From NCBI RefSeq assembly GCF_030684315.1, contig NC_081369.1:23643754-23707753 (forward strand): a stretch of 64,000 nucleotides of DNA, written 5' to 3'. Source of the stretch: Stegostoma tigrinum (lineage: Eukaryota). This document shows positions 36,201 to 47,303 of the stretch, piece by piece. Both the position numbers and the translations under genes were made by a program. A model generated the notes under the pieces. The model had not been told where the DNA came from. It did no database searches and saw only the letters and a list, made by a program, of their open reading frames with translations. The stretch's first letter is position 1. Each line of letters opens with the position of its first letter.

Positions 36201-39200
36201 TCCTCTCTAACATTTTTCACCTCGGCAGTTCCCACAGATTCTCGTTTGGCTGAACTTGCATTCCAATATCATTGTAAATTGAATATGTTTCTTGATGATC
36301 GATTTCAACAATTATCTCATTGTAGCATTCAAACATCTTTTCGGAGTCTCGCCTTAAAACAAAAACATCCTATATGGTTCAGATTAAAAGTAGTTGCCAA
36401 TAAGTTTGTTTTTTTGACACAGACAAAGCTGCAATTGTAACAACCAACACTGGTTTCAGTTATTTGCCAAGGAAAGCGACGGGTTTAAGTTATATTGTGG
36501 GAGTGATATAGGCGTTATAAACCAATCCCACAGGAAACAATATCTATAGAGATAAATCTCGCCATAGATTTGAAAGTGGCGGATCTATTACATATGTGTA
36601 ATGTATATTCCTGTGGGATTTTCCACCGTGGTGTTCAACATTAGAGAAATATAAATATTTTTAAATGAGAGTATAAAACTCAATCATGCTTCGCGGTCAT
36701 TAAAAGTCTATTTACAGTTCACTGCGGAAATCTCAGAGAGGGACAAGCGCTGGTCCAATTTTGTCTTACAAAAAAAAGGATCGGTTTCAGATTATGGAAG
36801 ATTTTATAGCGCTCATTTTAACCACGACTTCTTTCCCCAGTCCCCGAAGAGGGTTTATAAGTGTAAAAGGAGTAACGAGTGTTAAAGAGGAGTAATAAAT
36901 CAGCAGCCGGCCAGCGGGTCCTGACACCGCCCGGAGATGCGGCACGTGTCATGGCCGGGCTCCGAGTGCCTCCGAGCGGGAAACTGTCCCAGTCAGGACC
37001 GCTGGTTGAGACAGCTCCATCTATTTGGCCGTCTTAGAGCGCAAACCAGGTCCGCCTGACCTTTTAACTTGCTTTCCGTACTGTTCAGAAACTAATTTTA
37101 CAAATGTACATGAAATAATAAAGAAAGACGTTTATAGTTTGAAGGCTCCTCTGTAATGAAATCCCGACATGAAGCTTTTGCCCCGAAGCAAGCATTGACC
37201 CTAAGAGTGTAATAGCCTTCCCATTAGATGATTGACCAAAATATACAACAATTTCTCGCTTAGCATGGACTGGTATCAAAGGTATTGTGCTACAAACTGA
37301 ACGATTACCTCTGTTTATCTTAGAAAAAGGATTTTTATCACTTAACAATTGTCATTATTCTTTGCACAAATCATTTTCTTTCAAACAACCAGTTTTTGAA
37401 AAGCACGTTAATTGCACAGTAATCCAAGGTCCTAGGACTTCAAAGGGTTAATAACAGCAATATATTCAGTACCGTATGTCCCCTAAAATCAAGAGGCTGG
37501 CTTATTCACTTGACTAATTGATTTCTGTACAGTGTGTACTTCAACCGGTAAAGTTACTCATTAAATTAATTGATTATTAGTGCGTTGATGCTGTTGCCGA
37601 CGTCAATGATGAGGAAACACGTTTCTTACTGAGCACATTTAAACCAGTCACAATCCACGTGTCTTGCTGTAAGTAACAAACATCTAAATTACTGGTAGCA
37701 CGATATGAAGTACGCTCAGTGACACGGGCCAAATCACATTAGCATTACAATATAGAATCTATAGAAAGACAGCGTCCAAATGTTCTGTGCCGTGACCCCC
37801 AATCCTTACTGATCCTGCTAGTTGCATCACCTGTGCTCCAACATTCGCTTTCCGCCTTTTTGCTCTTTTCGTTCAATTTTATTTACTGTTTTCGCCCATT
37901 TCGGATTGTCTCATTTTCCTAAGCTCTCAGTTTCCTAGATTTAAAACTCCGGAATTATGCTAACAAATGTACACATTTTGTTTGAATTCACTTTTGAGCG
38001 TTCCCCTCCCATGTACTCCTTTTCTCGCCTTTTCTACTCTATCCTTGTGATCTGTTCTCTTTAATCTCAGTCTCTCAGTCTGTTTATTTCTTGTTCTTAG
38101 TCTCCTTCTCTAGTTCTATTTGCTTTAGATTATCATATTTTTCAGCCTGTGTTCTTGGCTTTTCATTCTTACTTTCCCGCCTGTACTTTCATCCTCTACC
38201 TTCTTTCCTTTCAGTGTTAAATCTTTTTTTCATGTTTCAAAGGATGCGTTCAGTGCCGACTTTCCATTTTCTTGACACTTTACTCTCCATCACTACTTTC
38301 TCCTGCCTTTTATGGGCCGATTTCTATTCTTTGCGCTGCCCTGAACGTTCCCCTTTTGCCCAAGATATACGAATGAAGAATTTCCGAACCACCACTCTAC
38401 CTAAAGGCGCGGGGCCACGGCAATGAATTTTTCAAGATGATTAGAATTCTGTCTACATGACACATGGCAATATATGTGAAGTAATTAATAAGGTAATAGC
38501 CCTGCCCGTGCCCCGGCCCCCAGCAACCCCCACCCAGTACCCACGCCCTCCCTGCGAATAGTCCGCTCCACAAACTGGACTGAGGTTGATTTCGCCTCAA
38601 GCCATGTGCAGCTCAAACTTAAAGAGCACGCAGTTTTCCAACGTGCTGCCACGCTGATCTGTAACCAAAGATTTAGATTGGTCTTTGTCCTTGCGAGATC
38701 GCGAAGCTTCCAGAATCCTTCCCTGCATTGAAACCAGTCCTTATAAAATAAATGGCCGAGTTTAATGTAAGAGTTTGGAAACCGTGTAGGCAACAGGGAC
38801 CTAGAGTTTGTAGCCTCGCGGTCAAGTCACTACCGCAAAATCCTGACCAACTGGGCTGTTTTAAAAACTTAACAAGCGCAGATCATTCAGTTACTTTATG
38901 CATTCTCGCTGCTTAACTACTCGAACCGATTAAGGTACAAAAGCAAGCCCGATCCCGAACGCCTCTCTCCAAAGGCAGTCAATAATTCGATTTCTAGTTT
39001 GTATTTGTGCACAATTCAATAGACGAATTTATCACCGGCCGTCAGTTAACAAGGCCAGAAAAAAAAACACAATTTAAAATTTTACTCTATTCTTCAAACA
39101 ATGGGTGGGCGATTATCTGACATCAAATACCAGAATGATGAGCCATAAAGCGATTAGATGTGGTACATACAGATTTAATATATTGATTCAGAGAATTTCA

Positions 39201-39689
39201 ATCCAGGGACTTGCTTCGCGCTAATCCGCATTTATTACAATCTCGTGTTTTGCTTTATCATGCAGACCTATCGTTTCACAACACCACACCGTAGAGAGGA
39301 ACGGGGAATCATAAATTTGCTAATTACAGTTTAGGGACAGGACAAAACGTGATAATGAGTTTGGTATGAAGGTGCTGGAGGCTGTGCAATTCACACCACT
39401 TCTGTACCAGCTTAACCACGGTAAGGGCAGCTTCTGAGTTTACGCCGGATTTCTTTATGTGTTTGAAATTAGCGTTAGTCCGCTTTGATGTGAAGTGGTG
39501 GCTCTATACCCGTTTGAAGTCCATTATTAACAAAGAATTAACTGGATCCTGAACTGCGCTGCCCACTCTCAGCCCACGCAGAGGAAACACCAGCTCATTT
39601 CGTTGAATCAAATAAAACTAACGCATTGGGGGTGCCAAGCGAACTTTCTTTAAATAGGGTAGATAGCAAGATGAGAGCCTATGTATATG

Positions 39690-40374
39690 CATGCAGTGTC
39701 GACGTCACCAAAAACTAAGGGTCTGTTTAACAAAGTTAAAACAATAGGTTAGGGAGAATAAAGTTTTGTCAAGCGAGCTGTAAAAAAAAACTACATCAAA
39801 GCGATCTCAACTTGTTCAGATTCCGTTTTGTCTTACTGAGGTCGGTTTTCTTTCTCTTGTTTGCGTTTGATGCCAATTATATTTCTACAAATGCTCAGCT
39901 TTTAAAAGAAAACCCCGTGGCAAAAAAAAGTGGGAGGCGAATGTACTTCTTTGAAACATTTGGGGCGGGCATGTTTTTTTTTGCCGGAGAACTGGTACTG
40001 ATTGGCGATCGCAAACTGCGACTTGAAAGCAACTGAAATAAAAGATCGCGACGTCAGTAAATAGATTTGGAAAAAAGACACGCTCTGTGACAAAGGCAGA
40101 GATTTGAGTAAAAGCTGCGGCGGACCCTGAAGAAATAGGAGGGGCCTAGCTCATGTCAGAAATGTCAATCAGGCCATCAACTCCGAATAATCTCTACGAA
40201 TCTGTTAGGACCTGACCTGGGCACCCGCAGATCAATAGCAAGTTGAGAGAGCGATCGGATCGGTTACAGTGTGTCTGCATGTGGAAACGTATACTTCCAG
40301 CTGGGTCTGTAGCGTTAAAGGTGGCTACTCCGGCTCTTTCCGCACCGCGATTTCTCCCGCACTAGTCACTGGCC
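39690..40374 (+). promoter_or_regulatory. Irx3 proximal promoter / 5' UTR region
   Basis: CpG-rich; GC box GGGGCGGG 39962-39969, inverted CCAAT 40001-40005, CRE-like GACGTCA at 39701 and 40050, PBX/MEIS-type TGTCAATCA 40163-40171. The TSS cannot be determined from sequence. Confidence 0.6.
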
Positions 40375-40587
40375 ATGTCTTTCCCACAACTGGGATATCA
40401 GTACATTGCTGCTACTAGGCCACTTTACCCCGATCGTCAGGGTCTATCATCTTCCAGGGCTGGGAGCGATCTCACGGCGTCCGGAGCTGCCTCCACTGTC
40501 CTCACCATGTACGGCTCCCCTTATGCCGCCCAAGGATACGGCGCCTTCTTGCCTTATGCAGCCGATCTACCCCTGTTTCCTCAACTG
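40375..40587 (+). CDS. irx3: Irx3 coding exon 1 (71 codons)
   Basis: GCCATG start at 40375; donor CAACTG|GTAAGA at 40587/40588, phase 0. Confidence 0.94.
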
Positions 40588-43178
40588 GTAAGAACATTTA
40601 CGTCAGTTTGCTCTCTCTTCCAGTCCTCTGAGCGCCGGTAAATCATTTCTGTACAAACGCCACCCCAACCCCCACCACCCCAAAAAAATACAGAAAGTTT
40701 GCAAGCGATTACCAAAGCAGCACGCGGGGCCAGAAACAGTGTGGGACTGGGGATTCTCAAAAATATTTTTTGGTTAAAAAAGCGCTTTACTTCAACCACT
40801 TTTCTTTTCGCTGTTGACTTTTCTCCCGAAAACTTTCCCGTCAGTTTCTGCGCCGCGTTTGTCAGTTTCACTGCCGTTTCCTCGTCAATTTCACTTGCGG
40901 ATTTTGTTATTTTTTTCGGGTGTGTGTGTGTGTGTGTGGCAGCTCCATTTTTGTTTGGCTTCCAGCGTGGTGTCACTCCACAAACTTTCCTCTCGCCCCA
41001 ATTGCTTTCTCTTCACCTCAACACGGGTGTTTTTGTGTGGCGACAGAGCGTAGCTGAATTGACTGTTGTGTTTCATCTTATGTTTGAGTTCTAAACGAGC
41101 ACTCTCCCTCTTCCCACTTCTCCCCCGATCCTCCCTATCCCACCTCCCTGTTTAGGGTGCCCAGTATGAACTGAAGGAGAGCCCAGGAGTACAGCATCCT
41201 GCTTTCCCGCACCACCACGCCGCCTATTACCCTTACGGCCAGTACCAGTTCGGGGACCCGTCCAGGCCGAAAAATGCCACCAGGGAAAGTACCAGCACTT
41301 TGAAAGCTTGGCTGAACGAGCACCGCAAAAACCCGTACCCGACCAAAGGAGAGAAGATCATGCTGGCCATTATCACCAAAATGACCCTGACCCAAGTGTC
41401 GACGTGGTTCGCCAACGCCAGGAGGAGGCTGAAAAAGGAGAACAAAATGACTTGGACTCCCAGGAACAGGACGGACGAGGAGGGCAATTCGTACGGAAGC
41501 GAGCCAGACCTGGAAGGGGAGAAAAAGGAGGAGGACGAGGAGATCGATTTGGAGAATATTGACACGGAGAATATTGAAAGCAAAGAGGACGAGGACGAGC
41601 AAGACCCGGACTTCAACTTGGACTGCAAACTGGATGGCAGAAGTGACTCAGAAATCTCGGACACTTTCGACGAGTTGAACGGCCCGGAGGCCGGCTTTCT
41701 GAAATCGGTGGTAGAAGACAGCAGAGTGAGCGAAGACAAACGGGGTGACCTGTCCCCGCAGATCTCCGGGCAGGTCAGCGGCGATCCGACCAAAAACAAC
41801 AGCGAGAGGAAAAGTCCGGTGTCGCCTGCACCCGAGAACAGCCTGTCGGTGAACCAGAAACCTAAAATCTGGTCTCTGGCTGAGACGGCCACGACGCCAG
41901 ACAATCCTCGCAAATCTCCCCAGATCAGTAACCCTCCCGCCGGCTCCGCTGCTGCCTCCTCTCTCCTGGGCCAGCACAGACTTTTCGCCTGCCCCATGGG
42001 CAAATTTCAGAACTGGACAAACCGCACCTATTCTCACCACCCGCTGGCTTTAATTAATTCCAATCATTTCCTTGGACTTAGTACAGGCCAAGCTGTTCCG
42101 ACTGCCGGGGTTCCCGCATTTTGCACAGTCAGGGGAGGCGAGGAACGGGCGCAGTCTGCAGAACCCACGGTAACAGGTACATTGAACTCAAATCCTATGA
42201 AACATGCTTCAACCAGACTCTGAGAACACCTCACACAATTTGCAAAGGGAATCAATTTTTTTAAAAAAATGAATAATACCGATCAGCAGCCTTACCAGTT
42301 GGGCCTTTTATTTAAACAATAAAGTTAAAAGTTAAAAGGAATGATTAACTCAGCGGTGATCTCCAAAGGTATCCCAACGATTGCGAATTAATTACATTTA
42401 CTGATTACACAAAGCCCACTTCTTCATTTTTTTTTCAATCGATCCTGAGAGATTTTTTACATCCTGCTCGCGAAAAGTACCATTGCTCAATTGTAACTAA
42501 ATCCAAGATAGAAGTACTCTAAGGTGCAATCAAAGTAATGGGATAATGATTTTTTGATGGTCAAAATTGCATTTATTATAAACTGATCTTCAGCACCAGT
42601 TTTAAGTATAATTTATAATTTCATTACAATAACTTTTCCAGTAAGTATTAGGTAGGGAAAAAAAGGCACCCATGTAATAAGATAACACTTACCCTGTATT
42701 GTATTCACACCACTTTATCCTTTAACTGGTCTAATTGGTAACGATTCTATAACAAAGTTGAATTTCAGCGTCTGAATCTGAGTAAAAGTGGCCTCGATAA
42801 TGGCGAACAATACCAATTATCAGAACTCGTTGTTATTTGCAGATCGAAGCAGTGCCTTGGAAATAGAGAAAAAAATAGTAAAGACAGCTTTCCAACCAGT
42901 TCCGAGACGGTAAGAAACATGTTTCGTTTTTGTCCGCATCTTCCCACCATTTTACACCAGATGGAGGTCTTTGCAGTAACAGGCGTGCAGCTTTTTTGTA
43001 TTCCTCGCTGTAGTTGACCTGCATTTAAAACTTAAATCACAACATTTTACACAAAATGTGGATGTCAAACTTTGGGGGAAAAAAAATCAAAACACTGATC
43101 CACAACAATTTTGTTCGTTTCAGACCCCAGAATCAACTCGATGCAGCCATGGTTTTGTCGGCGCTTTCATCCGCATAG
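40375..43178 (+). CDS. irx3: Iroquois-class TALE homeobox protein Irx3; CDS join(40375..40587,41156..42176,42843..42909,43124..43178), 1356 nt, 451 aa
   Basis: N-terminus [10 protein letters not shown]...[37 protein letters not shown] homeodomain [62 protein letters not shown], acidic region, IRO box [12 protein letters not shown] and C-terminus [40 protein letters not shown] all match the Irx3 paralogue. All three introns are GT..AG and the phases (0,1,2) join in frame. Confidence 0.96.
41156..42176 (+). CDS. irx3: Irx3 exon 2 (homeodomain about 41250-41455, IRO box about 41858-41893)
   Basis: Long polypyrimidine tract then TTTAG|GGTGCC acceptor; in frame with ORF 41300..42223; donor ACAG|GTACAT, phase 1. 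Confidence 0.94.
42843..42909 (+). CDS. irx3: Irx3 exon 3 (67 nt)
   Basis: TTTGCAG|AT acceptor; encodes (D)[21 protein letters not shown](R); donor CG|GTAAGA, phase 2. Confidence 0.92.
43124..43178 (+). CDS. irx3: Irx3 exon 4, coding part
   Basis: TTTCAG|A acceptor; encodes [17 protein letters not shown] then TAG at 43176-43178. Confidence 0.92.
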
Positions 43179-43499
43179 TCACTTATGGCATTTTTTTTAA
43201 AAAAAGAACTTTATTTTGTAACCATTTTCTTGTTAAATGGAATGTAAAAATAATTTTTTCCCTGTATAGTTTAACCTGTAAGCATGTATGTGTACTAAAC
43301 TGAACCGGTAATGTAATACTAGCCGACAAGGCGTGTATCAATTAGTTGCATTTGTGAGATAAAAGTGAACCCAGTTTTTTTTTGTAAGTCCAGTGAGAAT
43401 TAGTTATCACCTGGTGTTCGAGATGTTTTGTATATACTGCAAACAAAAAATGTACATACGTGTGAACGAAATTGTACAAGAAAGTATATATTTTTGGCT

Positions 43500-43505
43500 A
43501 ATAAA
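43500..43505 (+). terminator. Irx3 polyadenylation signal AATAAA
   Basis: First canonical AATAAA about 320 nt after the stop codon; preceded by multiple TGTA motifs and followed by a T/GT-rich tract (43527-43545). Confidence 0.75.
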
Positions 43506-45955
43506 TGAACAGTTACGACTTTAATCTCTTGTCTTTTGTATTTTGAAAGCTGCCAGTGTTGTAACCATTCCCACTGAACAGTTCAACATTCTGTTCACAA
43601 GGTCTAGTGAGTTTTATGATTGTTAATTGGCAATTCTATCATCCTCGAAAAAATCTCAACCCGTGAGAAAATATGCCCACTTCCCGGCCTCGAGTACTTT
43701 TAAAATATCTATTAATTACAGCAAAAGGAAGATTGTAAGCGGCTTAACTCAAAAGTTTTAAATATCTTTTGAAAAAGAAATTCTATCAAATCAAATGACA
43801 TTTGATACAGCTCACATCACTTTGTTTATACCTACAGTTCCATGTGCTTTCTTTTTCTAAACAAAAACATACTGGTTTCGTTTTTTAAGCGTCAACCTTC
43901 TGTCAGCAAAAATATTTTTTTTCCACAGCTAATATTTACACTAGCCCCAAGTGACCAAGCGGTGCTAAAATTAAACCCCCAAACCTAATTTTCAAATATT
44001 ATGAAGGATGCCAAAATATTGCACCCAGGTACAGTTTCGGTTTTTGATTTGATACGATATCTGTAAAACAATGTTTTGGGGATCATTGCGGTGTAGGTTT
44101 TAGTCGTTGCTTCATTGGTTGCAAGATATTTGGCATTATCGTTGCAAGTAGTTCAAATCATGACAATATTTTAATGCGGAATGATTGTAGATGCTTGAGA
44201 CACTTATACAGTATAATGACTAAATGACTTGAATAATACCAGATCCCCGAAGGCCCAACGCTGATGTGTTGGATTTTGGAGTGAATGGGGATGGGAAGAG
44301 TCGGGCTAAGAGCGCCTCCTACAGGCAGACATTCTCAAATGCCGCAGTAATCTCCAGAAGGAAGGGACACATTAATGTGGTACATCATGGGGAAAAATAG
44401 TCGTAAAACGCAGCTGCCTAACTTACTCCTGCTGTGTTCAAACCATTCATTTTGTAAAATTTGATGGTCTGTGCGAAAACTATATTAACTTTCATTCACT
44501 TCACGGATTATTTTTGGAGCCGTGAGATTCGGCCAAAATTGTTATTTACTCTCAGTGTTTTGCAAAACCCAGCTGTGAATTATGAAAAGATCAAAGTCAA
44601 GCTTTATCTGTCTCCAACTTTGTACAGAAGTTGGCGAGTATTTTCCTTGCGAGTAAACCAGCTTCTTTCCTCCCGTAGACAGTCACTCACAGGAAAGGAA
44701 ACATTTTCACGAATGAAATGTACAGAATCGTTCCAAGAGGCTCCTCACTGATATTATGTAATTGTTGTGAAAACCATTTATTGAAAACGGACTAGTGTTT
44801 GTTGAGTGTGCGTTTCTTTTGAAAAAGAAAGCCTCTAATTGAATTATGGCTTCAATATAATTGCTCCAAGTCTCATGCTCATTTCTAAGAGAGGGAAAAG
44901 AAACGATGCAGGCCACTTCCTTTAGAAGCAATCCATCATCAATAATAAATGATGCTAAAAGCTCATTTTACATATTTATTCGTGGTTATTGTCAGATTCT
45001 TTGAAATATCTGTTGTGTTTCGTAGTGGTTGCAAATGAGTCTCACTGTTACCAACTTAATGAATTTCCTGAAGTGTTTTCTCATCAAATAATAATCTGAT
45101 GACTCTAGAGTCAGGAATACTATCGTGAAATGTTACAATAGACAACAACAAGGATACCACAATCTTTCAGAAGAGGCAGATAATTGTGGGTGGAGGAGGG
45201 GGGTGGTGGTGGAGGGGCGTGGAACAATTGATAACTCCCCCCCCCCCATTCGCAACGTCCCCCATCCCCGTAACATTTCACAACTAACCGCTTCACTGAG
45301 CGGATCTTAAGGAGCATTCCACAGTTTGCATGATTAAAGCTTATTCAATAAAGTGCTTCGGAATCGCATTCATTCATAATACAATAATGTAAAATGGTTG
45401 AAGTGCAATCGATTAGATTCAGAGCAGTTGAAAGTAAAATAGAAAACTATCAAAATAAAATCAGGTAAAAAATGTAAATTCTTTGTTGGATATATGAGAG
45501 TTTTACATTTTCTTTTGGAGTGAAAAATGATCATTTTGACTAAAAATGTGATTAACTACGGTCTTTCCGCCTGCAGGGACATTGTGGCATCGTAAATCAG
45601 CAGTCACTGAATCAAGAGCCATTCCCATTTTGCCCCTCTTTTAACTTTAGAAAGGCTCCACCTATTTGCGATGAGTTAACGAAGTGTTGCAGGCGGACTA
45701 CATTTTAGCTTTTTTTTCCATTATTGCGCGTCTTGTGGTGGTGGCGATTACGACATCTATTCAAATCATTTTTTTGGTATGAATTAGTTCGAAGTGTTTT
45801 GCAATGCTGCTTTAATTAAAATGTTTGGAAAATACACGTTTAGCTGTTTGGCCAAGCTCCCACTCCGTTTCATTACGGTTCTTTGCACAGCTCAGTCAAC
45901 AGGACAGTATTAAATGCTGAATCTGTCTGCCAAGGGTTTCAAACAATATACAATC

Positions 45956-46393
45956 CCACCGCATCCCAAAACCAGCCCAGCTCATCCCCTCCCCCCACTG
46001 CATCCCAAAACCAGCCCAGCCTGTCTCTGCTTCCCTAACCTGTTCTTCCTCTCACCCATCCCTTCCTCCCACCCCAAGCCGCACCTCCATTTCCTACCTA
46101 CTTCCTCATCCCACCTCCTTGACCTGTCCGTTTTCCCTGGACTGACCTATCCCCTCCCTACCTCCCCACCTATACTCTCTCCACCTATCTTCTTTACTCT
46201 CCATCTTCGGTCCGCCTCCCCCTCTCTCCCTATTTATTCCAGAACCCTCTCCCCATCCCCCTCTCTGATGAAGGGTCTGGGCCCGAAACGTCAGCTTTTG
46301 TGCTCCTGAGATGCTGCTCGGCCTGCTGTGTTCATCCAGCTCCACACTTTATTATCTTGGATTCTCCAGCATCTGCAGTTCCCATTATCTCTG
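45956..46393 (+). mobile_element. Single-arm Neptune-type PLE 3' terminal repeat
   Basis: Near-identical to the arms of 19177-20007; 8-bp TSD ATACAATC at 45948-45955 and 46394-46401. Confidence 0.88.
46262..46295 (+). ncRNA. Minimal type I hammerhead ribozyme with an intact catalytic core; predicted cleavage after C46292
   Basis: CUGAUGA(46265-71)-A-GGGU-CUGG-GCCC-GAAA(46285-88)-CG-UC; ACGU palindrome in place of stem III; stem I only about 2 bp (CU/AG). Confidence 0.7.
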
Positions 46394-47245
46394 ATACAAT
46401 CTAGCTACCGGCCGCTTCCCTCGGTTAGCTCAAACGACATCGACACTTCTGTTTCATTTTCTGTGTCATACTTTGTCACAGGTTAACTAATGTAAATGTA
46501 CGAATAGGACTCGTTTAGGACAGTTTGCCAGACGAGATTTTAGGTGTTGACAATGACTCGGCTCTGTCTCTTGAAACACCTCTGAGCAGGACAAAAAGTT
46601 TCACAGGCTTGCGGCGTCACCCGTGATACATTCTGTCCTTTATTTACACTTTCTATTTTCTCTCCGGCTAACTTGAGTAACTGCTCACAAGCTCCTTTTC
46701 GACAACACTCAACTCCTTACAGGCAAATGAATCGTTATACATCAGAGAAATTTAAAAATATTTGTGCTTCAGTTCTTTTATTGACGACGTTGCAGAATAT
46801 ATTGGGGAACTGTTTGCAAATCAAGGAAGTGTTATCAGGAAGGTAGACAGCTAGACTGGACTCAGGCATTTACTGTCTCTGTCATTTTGTCTATGTATCT
46901 GAGCATGATAATTCTTTCATAATTGGGCACCATTCTGTTTAAGACTCTCCGCCTCTTCCCTCCCCTGTTTGCCCCTCCTATCCCTTTCTTTCAGTCAGCC
47001 CCTTTCCTGTCTCATCAATTATCAGCCCACTACTCCCGTTCAAAAGTGAAGTCATTACACATATTCATAAATCATCTCTGCTTGGTCTGATACTGATTGA
47101 TACAATTTTTTTTTAAAAAAAACTTTTGCACAGTTTTTCACCAGTTTACTTGAAGGATTTAATAAAAACGCGCGGATTTCAAGAGCAGGTCGAAATCAAT
47201 AGGACTTTTAACAGCGGATACCAAACGAACCTGTTCAAATTCGCT

Positions 47246-47303
47246 GAGAGGTAGTAGGCACTGCAGATACTGGGGAACCTGAGATAACAGGGCGTAGAGC
47301 TTG
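47246..47303 (-). mobile_element. 58-bp extreme 3' tip of the same PLE repeat
   Basis: GTAGGCACTGCAGATACTGGGGAACCTGAGATAAC; TSD TG(T/C)TCAAATTCGCT at 47232-47245 and 47304-47317. Confidence 0.7.

Noticed and set aside
40921-40938. Intronic (TG)n as a splicing regulator
   Set aside because: A short, ordinary microsatellite more than 200 nt from the nearest splice site; no supporting evidence.
41135-42040. Antisense and alternative-frame ORFs over Irx3 exon 2 (155, 256, 130 and 84 aa)
   Set aside because: Expected shadows of a GC-rich coding exon; no recognisable domains.
41300-42223. 307-aa single-exon ORF as the complete gene
   Set aside because: It starts at a TTG inside the homeodomain and runs into intron 2; the spliced 4-exon model explains the conserved termini.
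40375-43178. Assignment as Irx1, Irx5 or another Iroquois paralogue
   Set aside because: YQYI..RPLY, TW.PR.RTDEEGN.YGS and the [24 protein letters not shown] terminus point to Irx3.
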